A stretch of 64,000 nt of DNA, taken from assembly GCF_006345805.1 (NCBI RefSeq), contig NC_043006.1, positions 40,610,001 to 40,674,000 of the forward strand. Direction: 5' to 3'. Positions 12,976 to 25,410 of this stretch are shown here, piece after piece. The first letter of the stretch is position 1, and each line of letters starts with the position of its first letter. Origin of the DNA: Octopus sinensis (taxonomy: Eukaryota). Made by a program: the position numbers and the translations under genes. The notes under the pieces are model-generated. The model had not been told where the DNA came from and did no database searches. It worked only from the letters and a program-made list of their open reading frames with translations.

Positions 12976-15697
12976 TATTGTCAATATATCTTGATGCTTA
13001 ATTCCTTTCAACTAAAAATTGATATAAGGAAGAACCATGCCTAAAATAGAACATACTCGTAGGAGTGGCTGTGTGGTAACAAGTTTGCTTCCCAACCACC
13101 GGGTTTGGGGTTCAGTCCTATATGTGTGTGTGTTCGTGTTTGCCCTCCACCACTGCTTCACAATCGCTGTTGGTTTGTTTATGGTCCCATAACAGTTCAG
13201 CAAGAGAGCAATTTAAAAAGCACCAGACTTGCCCAGTTTCTATCTGTCAAATTTCAGTGAATGAAGACCAAACAGCTATACTTGCATTACATATGTACGC
13301 ACGGAATTCTTGCAAACAATTTGCAGATGCAACTGCTGTTGTTAAAAGCTTCACATACCAGATACCAGCAAGCTTCTGGGATCATCAGGAGTGAATGCAC
13401 GTCGTCTCAGGGCCTTCCTCACATTATTGCGTGCTGGGTCCCTCACTGAGATGAGGCCCTACTTGCTAGATCAACTGGTTACTTGGTTTTTCACAATATT
13501 CTAGCCATTGCTCATCCCCTCTTTTTAAACAAATTAAGTGGTTAGCTTTCACACCTGTAGCCTAGCTCTTTTACTTGTTTTATTTGACTGTGGCCATACT
13601 GGAGCACCGCCTTTAGTCGAGCAAATCGACCCCAGGACTTATTCTTTGTAAGCGTAGTACTTATTCTATCGGTCTCTTTTGCCGAACCGCTAAGTTACGG
13701 GGACGTAAACACACCAGCATCGGTTGTCAAGCGATGTTGGGGGGACAAACACAGACACACACATATATGACGAGCTTCTTTCAGTTTCCGTCTACCAAAT
13801 CCACTCACAAGGCTTTGGTCGACCCAGGGCTATAGTAGAAGACACTTGCCTAAGGTGCCACGCAGTGGGACTGAACCCAGAACCATGTGGTTGTTAAGCA
13901 AGCTACTTCCCACACAGCCACTATTCCGCTTAGGCTATCACTCATAATGGTATTTGCTTTACAACAGCAACAGCTACAGTAACAGTTACCTCACACTGTT
14001 TCCAATGAATCCTCTACATCCAACAACGATTGGATGATGCTCTGCTTTCCAGCCTGCATTTTCACTTTCCCCCAAAGTGTTTATAACAGACGATTTTTTG
14101 AGTCTGACAGCGTCCATGTTATCTTCATGAGGACCCATTAACTTAATTAGATTTGCTACTTTCTTTTTCTCACGTGTGTCTTTGTTCGTGCACAAATACA
14201 TACATTTAGAAAGAGATACTTGATTAGCATCTAATATGGGTAATTAACAAATGAATTATTATGGTAAATTGTTGGTGTAGAGTGGCTGAATGGATAAGAA
14301 ATTTGCTTCGCAATCATGAGGTACCAGTTTCAATTCTGCTACATGTCATCTTGGGTAAGTTTAATCCGATACTTTGGGAGTGGAACTCAGTAGAAAGAGA
14401 CAGTATAAAAATCCATCAAAGTCGACCTTGGCGGAATTTGAACTCAGAACGTAAACACAGACGAAATACCTATTTCTTTACTACCCACAAGAGGCTTAAA
14501 AACAGAGAGGACAAACAAGGACAGACAAAGGGATTAAGTCGATTATATCGACCCCAGTGCGTAACTGGTACTTATTTAATCGACCCCGAAAGGATGAAAG
14601 GTAAAGTCGACCTCGGCGGAATTTGAACTCAGAACGTAATAAAGACAGACGAAATACCGCTAAGCATTTCGCCCGGCGTGCTAACGTTTCTAATTTCTTT
14701 ATTGCCCACAAGGGGCTAAACAAGGACAGACAAAGGGATTAAGTTGATTACATCGACCCCAGTGCGTAACTGGTACTTAATTTATCGCCCTCGAAAGGAT
14801 GAAAGTTAGGGGAATGTAAACACACTACTCTTGGTTGTCAAGCGATGTTGGTGGGGACAAACAGTCACACACACATATATATATACGACGGGCTTCTTTC
14901 AGTTTCTGTCTACCAAATCCACCAAGGCTTTGGTTAGCCCGAGGCTATGGTAGAAGACACTTGCCCATGGTGACATGCAGTGGGACTGAACCCAGACCAT
15001 GTGTTTGGGAAGCAAGTTACTTACCACACAGCCACTCCTACACATACATACATATACACAACAGGCTTTTTTCACTTTATGTTTGCCAAATCCATTCACA
15101 AGGCTTTAGTTGACCCAGGGCTATAATAGAGGACACTTGCCCAAAGTATCATACCATAGGACTGAACTCAAAACAGAGTGGTTGGAAAACAAACTTCTTA
15201 ACCACACAAGCATTGTTCAATATCCTTTCTACTCTAGGCACAAGGCCTGAAATTTGGTGGGAGGGGGCCAGTTCTGAGGTCGATTTGCTCAACTAAAAGT
15301 GATGCTCCATCATGGCCACAGTCAAATGACTGAAACAAGTAAAAGAGTATACAAATGAAATTTGATTAATTTCGTTGTAATTTTAATCACAGAAAATTTG
15401 TGATTAAGTAGAATTGGTAAAAAAATATTAGTGCTGACAGATGTGTTTGTTTTGTTGTTTTTATCCAGGAAAAAAAAGTATATATAAAAAAAAAACAGAG
15501 ATAGGATGGGTTTGCAAATCCATATCTGCATAGCTACCAACATGAAACTAATTGGTTCTAATCTCTGTAATAGATATTGATTCATAGCTTCAAAGAATTC
15601 ATATAAATCATCTTTAAGAAACTATATGAAATAATGTAGGGTACCATTCGTTTATTATGGAGGAAAAGATGGCATTATGAAGTGGTACAATAATATA

Positions 15698-15932
15698 CAG
15701 TGTTCAAAATGTCTCTGTACAGTGAATTATTTTTTCCAAGATGTATTTCAAAACATGTGTAGAAGAGCCAACTTATGTATTTGAAAATGAAGGGCAATGC
15801 TTTCAACACCTCTTATAAATTTTTTTAAAATTCTTGTAAAATCTAATCTATTCTTTTGGAGTCTTATACCGTCTTATAAATATTTATTTTGCAATAAAAT
15901 ATTGACTACAGAGAGACTTTTTGAACACCCTG
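15698..15932. mobile_element. Tc1/mariner MITE
   Basis: TA|CAGTGTTCAAAATGTCTCTGT...AGAGAGACTTTTTGAACACCCTG|TA. Confidence 0.7.
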
Positions 15933-16158
15933 TATAAGTAAATATAAGCAAATTTGTAACATCATACAACCTGTATGAACAAGTGAAAATAGAAATATTA
16001 TTTATACATGATGGTAACACATTAGATATAACATGATTATCTTTATTTTCATGAAATAAGTCTCCCCTACCATCTTGTATGAAATGATATTCGTGGTTCT
16101 CAAACTTGTCTGCTAAACTGTTTTCAAATTTTCAGAAGAATGCAGTTTGGTTTTTTAA

Positions 16159-16375
16159 TCCTTTAGCATTTAGATTAATCAAATGTAATGCTTATTTATT
16201 TACATTGCTTTGAATTAATCATGCATTATCTTACAGCTTTGAGATTCTGATGATGTGCTTGTATATTTTTAGAATGACATTGTATGGTAAGTGTGAGAGG
16301 CCAGATCTTGACAGTTTGAACATAAAACAAGCAGAATATTTGGGCCAGTTGTGGCCAGTTTAAAATGCTAAAAGG
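16159..16375. mobile_element. piggyBac-type MITE family 1 (TTAA-flanked, CCTTTAGCATT termini)
   Basis: TTAA|TCCTTTAGCATTT...AAATGCTAAAAGG|TTAA. Further copies at 58339-59149 and 61957-62659 contain nested inserts. Confidence 0.7.
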
Positions 16376-17866
16376 TTAAATTTAGGAACTAAATTCTTTG
16401 CAGCAATTGTAAGCCAATGAAATATATGTCAGTGAATTTTTACATCAGGTACCTTCCCTTTACCAGGGTCACAAAATCAGAATTCTGCCCAATCAATACA
16501 GACACCCCAGCATGTTCCATCCAGTCCATTGCATTCATTAAAAATTGTCAAAGAGATGGACAACTTGAAAAGCTTTGGTGGTCTGCCAGTAAACCAACCA
16601 GTTCATATTTGAGACATAAGCTGATTCATTCACTTAAATACAGGTGAAACAGGAGGATTGTTTCATTTCATTGATCAAATGAACAAAGATATCCTCACTC
16701 ATTTCAGCAACTCAACTTACATGACATTATAGGAAACCAGCCATATCAGGCCAAAATATTCTGTTTTATGTTAAAACTAGTTCACACCACCTCAACAGTG
16801 TCATTAAACAATTAAACAATCACAACAGCAAAATCTCAAAGTTACAAAATTCCTTTCGAACGTTGGGCCTCATGGAGACAAAGTGGCCAAGCTCCTTTCA
16901 AGTGTTGGGCCTTATGGAGACAATGACCAAGACCTTTGGCATTATGTCGTGCTTGAGAAGACACCTCAAGCTGAGCAAAACTGCAGTTGTGGCAGATACT
17001 GGTGTCACGTAAAAGCATCCATTACACTCTCGGAGTGGTTGGCATTAGGAAGGGCATCTAGCCATAGAAAGCCATGCCAAATCAGACTGGAGTCTGATGC
17101 AGCCTTCCAGCTTACCAGCCTTGGTCAAACTGTCCAACCCATGCCAGCCAGCATGGACAACGGACGTTAAATGATGATGATGATGGCGAATGCAAGATTA
17201 ATTTAAAACAATGTGAAGAAATAAGCAATACATTTGACAGAGTAATCCAAATGCTAAAGGGTTAACTCAGAACTTGTATCAGACAATGGATGGGAAGCCT
17301 TCTGCTAAAGACAGATTGTCAAAAACCCTGTATCCACCACACTTAATCATATTGATGGATAATATGTCTGACGTTAAGAGTAGGGATATCAGGACATACC
17401 AATATAACTGCTAAGAGGCTGGTGGACAGAAACACTGGAACTAAAGCACACACACATGACAATCATAAGAGACACAAAAACAAATACATCTTACATTTAT
17501 CCAGTTTTATGTGCCAGAATTTTGTTAGACATAACCAAAATTGGTAGCCCCAAGTAGTGAGACAGAGATAGGACAATCACAGAGTTGGAGTTAAAGACAA
17601 GTGTGAAAGATGATGGAATATAAAACATGTATTTATGAATGAGCACAATCATAGATATTCATGTAAGCATTATAAAAATTTTAATTAGGTTTTTTTTTTT
17701 TTAAATGGAAAAAAAAAACCAAATCTTTCAAGAATGATGAAAAACACCATCTCACTTTGGCACTTTTCGGTATTTTATTATTATTATTGATGTTGATGTT
17801 GTTACTGAAGTATCTGTCCAGGAAAATGAAGATAGAAACAATTAACAAAAGAAATGAGAAGAAATA

Positions 17867-20197
17867 TCATACAATAGCATATTGCTGGTAGACAAGGTCC
17901 CGAATTACAAAATAGTCTGGGCACAAGGCCCCTTCCACCTGTAATTTGCCAGCCTCATTCTTTCTAATAGCAACTTTGTTATTACAGATAAGAACCCCAG
18001 CTGTGAACTCAGCCTGAATACCAGCTTGTAGAAAGAACATCTTCAGATCTGAAAGTTTGGGTTCATTGATAAATACCGGTGTGTGTCCTGGCTGTTTGTT
18101 ACTTGGAAGCGCTTCAAGCGTTGGTACATGGACATGAGCTTCTTCTTCCTCCTTTTCTGCGTCTACGTTGTCTTCTCTTTTAAACAGATCCATTAATTTC
18201 TTCTTTTCTAATTCCTCTGCTGCTACTTCTGTTTCTTCCGGCTCGTAACGTGCACTCGTATCTGTTTTGGCTTCTTTCAAGTCCAACTGGCCCTCAATCC
18301 AAGCCAGCTCAGCATCTCGAGCACGAGAAAATGTCAGCGCCGACACTACGTAGTCCTTTAACTTTACCTGGTAAATGTGGCTCTCTCGGGTGGCATCGAC
18401 AATATCACCGACATGTGGAGCAAATATACGAGTTTGAGACAAGCAGCCACTACTTAAACAGAACTCTTCCAAACTCTCAGTGGGATCTGGTCTGCCATGG
18501 ATTAGGATTAACTGGCGTGGTTTAATCTGTGTTATAATTTTACGAATTGACTCACCATCCGATCGACCCTCGAAATCAATGTATTTTACATTGGCATGGA
18601 TTTCCAATGTTATTGTAGACGACACACATTTGGTTGGCACTTCAGACATGTCCTGCATGGCTTCATCTTCCGGAACAGATTTTTCCTGTGTGACTTCCTC
18701 ATCAGCAGGAGGCAGATCTAATATCATATAATCCTCAGTTCGAATAATTTCACCACATTCATCCCACTTGAGTCTTTCTTCATAAAATGGGAACATTGGA
18801 TAAGCTTTCTTTGCTTGTTTGAAAAAACCTGACCGAGAGTTTCGGTCACTTTTCATCATGAGATCATGTTTAGCCTTGGTGACGTTGCTGGACCCCTCCA
18901 CTTCCATATCTAGATCGCTATCATCACTTGATTCCATGTCTTCTGCCTCACGCTTTGCCTGTTCAGTTTTGAGTCGTTCTTCTGCTTCCTTCTCTTGTTT
19001 TTTCTTCAGGTATTCCTCTAATTCACTTCCTTCCAATTTCACACGGCGCCTCATTTCAACAGTCACCGTTTTGTCCTTTGGGTGATCAATAAGCCATCGT
19101 GCCAATGTGCCTATCGAAGTACGGCACGTTAGAATGATGCTGTTCTTGGCATTACCACACCATCCCATGAAGAGATCTCGAGCAAAGCCACACTGGAGGT
19201 CTGGCATGCTGGCTAAAACAACTTTAGGTTCCATCACTTTGGATAACTCTGCAAGATTGTGACACAACTTCAGATGTTTAAAATGAAAAGGGTTGTTGCG
19301 GTGATCTTCAAAAGCACGCATAATTTTATCGCTCATCCACTCCACCTGTGACTTCGCAAACTCGACCACATTGAAGCTCACGTTATTTAAAAGAGCTAAA
19401 GAATAAGTGGACAGTCCAGAATCAGGACTACGCCACATTTGATCAAGAAGCTGAGCCAGTTCCAGAACACGGCCCGATGTGTCTACAGCCACCAAAACGT
19501 TACCGTTATTCCTCATAGTCGACAAAATGGTAGTCATGAGTTGTTCATCTCGCAGACGCCGCCGAGACTGAGTATAAGTGGAATTCAAAGAGTCTGTAAT
19601 CAAAAGTGAGGGTCGATTTATACTCTCCAAAACACACCCGTTCAAATGCCGCTCTTTTTTGTGGTTATAATCAACAGCATAGACAATTTCTTCTTCGTCT
19701 CCATCCTTCACTATTTTCCATATCGTGCCGCCAATCATGTGACCAGCGGGCAGAGGTGTTATTTGTAAACCCTGACCTTTTCCTTTCAAATTGACCGTCT
19801 GACTGTATTTCAGCTGAGTGATTTTATCAAACGCTGCATCAATATCATCTAATGTAAATATATTGAATTCCTCGTTGTTATGCCTCGACTGGTACAGATC
19901 ATACATAAACATCTGTCCCATTTTATAAACGGGAATCGTGGCGAAAACGGGACAAGTAAGACCACATTTTCCGACCATGTAAGGCAAAGCCCCAAGATGA
20001 TTGTGATCAGGGTAGGTTAAGAGAACGGCATCGATGAGGTGAGCATGCCGCTTCAATTCGCGGATGTATGTCATGTTAAAGTCTTCATTCCAGCCACAAT
20101 CCAGAAGAAAGCGGAACTCGTCAACCTGCAGGAGGTAACAGGGAGGGGACTCATCGTAAGCACCAGAAAACACTTGTAATTTAACAATAGAAGTCAT
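17867..20197 (-). CDS. CPSF2: Cleavage and polyadenylation specificity factor subunit 2 (CPSF100), 776 aa, single coding exon
   Basis: One uninterrupted ORF. The N-terminus [36 protein letters not shown] and C-terminus [12 protein letters not shown] match CPSF2 as recalled. It has the metallo-beta-lactamase/beta-CASP layout with the degenerate metal motif typical of CPSF100 ([13 protein letters not shown]; [14 protein letters not shown]). Confidence 0.97.
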   Translation of the reverse strand: MTSIVKLQVFSGAYDESPPCYLLQVDEFRFLLDCGWNEDFNMTYIRELKRHAHLIDAVLLTYPDHNHLGALPYMVGKCGLTCPVFATIPVYKMGQMFMYDLYQSRHNNEEFNIFTLDDIDAAFDKITQLKYSQTVNLKGKGQGLQITPLPAGHMIGGTIWKIVKDGDEEEIVYAVDYNHKKERHLNGCVLESINRPSLLITDSLNSTYTQSRRRLRDEQLMTTILSTMRNNGNVLVAVDTSGRVLELAQLLDQMWRSPDSGLSTYSLALLNNVSFNVVEFAKSQVEWMSDKIMRAFEDHRNNPFHFKHLKLCHNLAELSKVMEPKVVLASMPDLQCGFARDLFMGWCGNAKNSIILTCRTSIGTLARWLIDHPKDKTVTVEMRRRVKLEGSELEEYLKKKQEKEAEERLKTEQAKREAEDMESSDDSDLDMEVEGSSNVTKAKHDLMMKSDRNSRSGFFKQAKKAYPMFPFYEERLKWDECGEIIRTEDYMILDLPPADEEVTQEKSVPEDEAMQDMSEVPTKCVSSTITLEIHANVKYIDFEGRSDGESIRKIITQIKPRQLILIHGRPDPTESLEEFCLSSGCLSQTRIFAPHVGDIVDATRESHIYQVKLKDYVVSALTFSRARDAELAWIEGQLDLKEAKTDTSARYEPEETEVAAEELEKKKLMDLFKREDNVDAEKEEEEAHVHVPTLEALPSNKQPGHTPVFINEPKLSDLKMFFLQAGIQAEFTAGVLICNNKVAIRKNEAGKLQVEGALCPDYFVIRDLVYQQYAIV

Positions 20198-21432
20198 TAT
20201 GTAATCAGAAACGGTGTAAGCAAATTTTTAACAATAGGCAAAATGATCTGTGCGTTTTGAAAACAACGTGGGTCAGGAAACAGAGAATGCCGAGTTAGCT
20301 ATATGTATATTTATATATACATATGCTTTGTATGTGATGAACGTTAACGTTATTTCAATGGATGGAATTTAAAAAAAAAAGAAGTCTTTCCACACTTAGC
20401 TTTTACAATACAGCCAAGCTGTTCGAGAGGGTAACACAAAAGTCCAGAAATAAAGGTAATTCCAACGGAGTAGTGAAAAAAAACAAACAAATCCGTTAAT
20501 TAAAGATAAAGACAACCGGTTATCAGACCGACAGCAGTCATCTTTAAATAACAATAGATTACTTCCCTTGAATCAGTGGAACTCTTGTGGAAAAGAACTA
20601 TGGAATATTAAATGGGTTTCCACAATTTCTTCTGAATCCTGGTTCTTGGATTTATTCATTGATTAAAAGTTAATGGATGATTTCATTACTTATAAAAGCA
20701 TTTAATGCTAACAAGAAATATCGTAGTTATGTTTATTATTTTCTCATTTGTTGATTTAAACAGAAGTCTTTTCGTTATAACCTTCCTTAGCAGATATGAA
20801 TGAACGTTACATTACTTTTCAGGATTGGAGGTTCAACTTTATAATGATTCATTTAAATTAATTTTTGAATCGAAACAGCTGTCAGAGATTATGTCTATTT
20901 TTGTAATTAATAAATATAATTATGAATTGATTTATCTCTATTTTCTTATTTTTCTTAAATAAATATAAACCTCGGTCTATTTAATTGCCCTTTTTTTAAA
21001 ATATTAAATCTAATATTTTAAATAAATAATAGGCAAGAAACGAGTAAATTCATTGGATATTATTATCCCTTAATGATGCTTATTAAACCTCTAATTGAAC
21101 TTTATATATATATATATATATATATATAGTTACGATTATACCTCTTATATTATTTATTTATTTATGTGTTTGGCTGTGTTTGTGGCTATGTATGTGTATG
21201 AGTGTATGTGTGTGTATACATATAATTATGTATGTATGTGCGATGGATATGTGGATGTGCGTGTGCGTATGTGCGTTTCTTGACTAACTAACCGTAAAAT
21301 TTCCTTTGTGATTCAAATTTAAAACTATAAGCCAATAGAATCAATCTAGAATAATCAATATCAAGCGGACAGAGGAATTAGACTTATAGATATGTAGATG
21401 TCCGATTGATGTACTTGGTACAGTCATGGTTG

Positions 21433-21466
<34 letters not shown>

Positions 21467-22669
21467 TTTTTTTTTTTCTTCTTTCAAATTTGCTTCCATT
21501 TCTTGCCGAGTGTCTTCCCGACTCCTAGGGCAAAGAAACTCATAGTATACATTGGTAGGCCATTAAACCAAACTCAATAGTTCGATCATTTTTTTTTTTT
21601 TTTAAAGTTAGATTAAAATACATGAGCAGCAACAATTCTCACATCGACAATGCTCTTCTCAATACATGTGATGTACCAGTTAAGACAATCTTTTGCACTT
21701 CTTGCAGGGATGGTAAGCCAGGGATCATTCTCATATAATTTTCGGTTCCCTTCTTGATCATTCCTAGTGCTCCTACGATCACTGGTATTGTAATCGCCTT
21801 GAGATGCCACATTTTCTCAATTTCAATGAGTAGGTCTTTATATTTTCTGAGCTTGTCAAACTCTTTCGCTGAGATATTATGATCACAGGGGATGCTCATG
21901 TCGATCAATAAGCAAACTTTATTGTTTTGGTCTTTCACAATAATATCTGGTTTATTGGTCTTGATGGTTCGGTCTGTATGTACTGGAAAGTCCCACAGAA
22001 TGGTTACATTTTCTCCTTCAGTTACAGCCTCAGGGTGGTGATTATACCACTTGTCGGCAGTTTTGATATTGTAATGCCGACTTATTAGCCAGTGTAGATA
22101 TTGGCCAACTCTGTCATGTCTTAATTTATACTCCACTGGTGCTAAGACTTTACATCCAGAGATTAGATGGTCCACTGTTTCAATCATGTCGTTGCAGAAT
22201 CGGCATTTTGGGTCTGCTCCATTTTTCATCACATTGGCCTGGTAGTTCCGGGTTAATAGGCTTTGATCTTGAGCAGCCAGGATGAAACCTTCGCTCTCTG
22301 CTTTTAGCCCTGAGCTCCGTAGCCACTGATGGGTTTGCTTCTGGTCAACATCAGCTTGTTTGCTGCGGGTCACATATTTGCCGTGCAGAGGTTTCTCCTC
22401 CCACCTATCAGCCAATTGCTCGTGCGCTTTTTTCGTTGCCATCATTTTCACCTTCTTTGCAACAATAGTTGCCGTACTTCCCTCGGGTTGTTCAGTTTGG
22501 GTATCCTGCACGAGATCAATAGCAGACTTTTTGCTTTCCTTTATGATAGAATGAAGCTTCTTTCGTCTCTCGTGATTTTCCACGAGCTTTAGCATCCAGT
22601 CATTCGATATTTCGAGATATTTGGCCAGTCCAATTGTTGTTGTTTTGTAAGCTAGTTCAAATTGGATCA

Positions 22670-22670
<1 letters not shown>
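21467..22670 (-). mobile_element. 5'-truncated R4/Dong-clade non-LTR retrotransposon (RLE type) inserted in (TAA)n
   Basis: The frame is open from the truncation point at 22670 to the stop at 21639 (343 aa). It has a CCHC knuckle (CRFCNDMIETVDHLISGC), RHD, ILWDF, KPDII..D and KYKDL..IVGALG (PD-(D/E)xK restriction-like endonuclease). An A-rich 3' end lies at 21467-21477, and (TAA)n flanks both sides on the minus strand (21436-21465 and 22671-22738). Confidence 0.85.

Positions 22671-22738
<68 letters not shown>
22671..22738. repeat. (TTA)n microsatellite; many other (TA)n, (GT)n and (AG)n tracts, e.g. 10355-10450, 23360-23425, 23618-23692, 24316-24410, 25345-25410, 32420-32490
   Basis: Directly visible simple repeats. 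Confidence 0.95.
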
Positions 22739-22741
<3 letters not shown>

Positions 22742-23068
22742 AGTAATTTGTATTGACTTTTGTAGGGTTATAATTTTATGAACTGAACTGTGTGTTTTTT
22801 TATTATTTTTTATGTATATATGTCTGATTTAAATTTAAATGTGAGTGTGCATATATTTTCCTTGAGGTTAGTTATGGAACTAGGAGTCCAATATGTGGAA
22901 TAACTGTGTTTGTTAATGTATATTGATATATTTTGTTTATTTTGTATTATTGTATTAATGAGTATATATATATGTGTAGTATTATGAGTGTCTATGCACA
23001 CATTTTTATATTTTATATTTTTATATTTATATGTAAAAAATTTTTTTCACACTTATATTAAATTAAAT

Positions 23069-23179
23069 TCTCTGAAGAGGCCGTGGGACATCCTTGTTAA
23101 TGTCTCATTTATACCTGCCTTATATGGCTTATAGGTTAAATGAGGCATACTTGTCCTCACGGCCGAAACAGCTGTCAGA
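23069..23179 (+). ncRNA. Type I hammerhead ribozyme motif, Penelope-like-element style
   Basis: TCT-CTGAAGA-[GGCCGTG GGACA ... TGTCC T CACGGCC]-GAAA-C AGCT G-TC^AGA. It has the complete CUGANGA/GAAA core, a long stem II, a self-complementary stem III (ACAGCTGT), a GUC cleavage triplet (site after 23176) and a 3-bp stem I (TCT/AGA). Confidence 0.8.
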
Positions 23180-23360
23180 TATGATATAATTATATATTAT
23201 ATTTTATATTTTATATTTCTATTTCCTTGTATAATTATATTTACAATATATTTTGTATAATGCCTTTGCTGTTATGTAATGGTGTAATAAAATATTGATT
23301 GGGTATCATCTGATGGTTGATGTTTGATTGATTTAAGTATGTTTCTCCATTTTCTAATTT

Positions 23361-23424
<64 letters not shown>

Positions 23425-23434
<10 letters not shown>

Positions 23435-23553
23435 TATAGAAGGAGCTTCTACAGGACTAGTACTGTTTCATTCAAGAGAAATCTTCAGGAAGCTCATTTC
23501 TCTTGAATGAAACAGTACTAGTCCTGTAGAAGCTCCTTCTATATAATAAATTA
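23425..23553. repeat. Perfect 58-bp inverted repeat with a 13-nt loop
   Basis: 23425-23482 is the exact reverse complement of 23496-23553; loop CTTCAGGAAGCTC; (TA)n flanks it. Confidence 0.9.
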
Positions 23554-23623
23554 ATTTTACTCTGCTATGTATGAGTACCTTACTTACTGTGGTTAACCCC
23601 GGATCAACCCGGGACCTACATAT

Positions 23624-23694
<71 letters not shown>

Positions 23695-23695
<1 letters not shown>

Positions 23696-23805
23696 TTTAT
23701 TTAAAAGAAGCAGAAATTCAACAAAACCTGTTACTCGGAGTTTCACGTTCCCGTTCGTCGGTTTTGTAACAGGTTTTGTTGAATTTCTGCTGCTTTTAAA
23801 TAAAG
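23695..23805. repeat. 40-bp inverted repeat (1 mismatch) with a 31-nt loop
   Basis: 23695-23734 pairs with 23766-23805 and begins directly after a (TA)n run. Confidence 0.9.
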
Positions 23806-23899
23806 CATATTACTCTACCCCTGGTATTTGAATACCCTTTTTTCCACCTTGTTTCACATTTATGTGTTTACTCCGGTATATATATACACACACATATAT

Positions 23900-24414
<515 letters not shown>

Positions 24415-24939
24415 CCTGTAAGTTTGAAAAAATTATGTGATGAGGTGTCAATATGTAGGTATATGTGTCACCAATTTTTCTCTTTTTTTTTCACATTAAA
24501 TTCTGATATAATTAAAATCTACACACTCTGAGAAGTATTTGTAAAATATTTCCTTTTTAAAACAAAAACTTTTTCTGAAAGTTCTGAGGAAACAAAGCCA
24601 GCGGAGAACACTTTTGTAGAGATACTAAACAAAAAAATGCGTTCTCTTCATTATCTAAAGACTCCAGAGACATCACTGACGATGAATCTGAGTTTACACA
24701 AAATGTATTTTAAAACTACATATTTTAGATTCAGATGAGCATCCGTAGAATTGACGATGCTTTAGATACTTTCGAATTTGTGTAACTCATTTTATCAAAA
24801 AATATATTTTTATAAAATATTAAATACTATGTTTATATATAATTATAAAGATTAGTTCAGATTCAGTCTTATTTTAGATGCGAACATTTCTATATGAATA
24901 AGTAATTATTCCAAATAAATACATAAAAGTGCGGGAAAT

Positions 24940-25343
24940 ATGGCTGGTCAAACAAATGTTGCTCATGTTGATTTAAGGTTAGTCTCGAACTTTCACTCAT
25001 TCATTGTATCTTATTCTCTTTGTAAGTTCTCATATGTTTCGGTGTTTGTTATGAGCTTCGATTCTATTATCGTTTTTCTTATTAGTTTCTTCCGAAGACT
25101 TGTTTTTACAAGAAAGAACACAAAATAATAACGAGTTAAAAACGAGGCATTATTTTGTTTACGCATTTCACAGGCGTGGCTGTGTAGATAAGAAGCTTGC
25201 TTTACAACCACATGGTTTCAGGTTCGTTCCTACTACGTGGCAACTTGGACAAGTGTCTTTATTCTGCTATAGCCCCAAGACCGACCAAAGCTTTGCGGGT
25301 GGATTTGGCAAACGGAAAATGAAAAGAAATGCCCGTCGCATAA

Positions 25344-25410
<67 letters not shown>

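Noticed and set aside
20348-20510. Short ATG-initiated frame as possible DSCC1 first exon right next to the CPSF2 start
   Set aside because: Its GT donor is phase 0 whereas exon 2 needs phase 2; the 24940-24977 exon fits.
24676-24737. CTGACGA plus 9-bp stem (TGAATCTGA/TTAGATTCA) near the DSCC1 start
   Set aside because: Followed by GATG instead of GAAA, with no matching stem III or stem I; at best a decayed motif.
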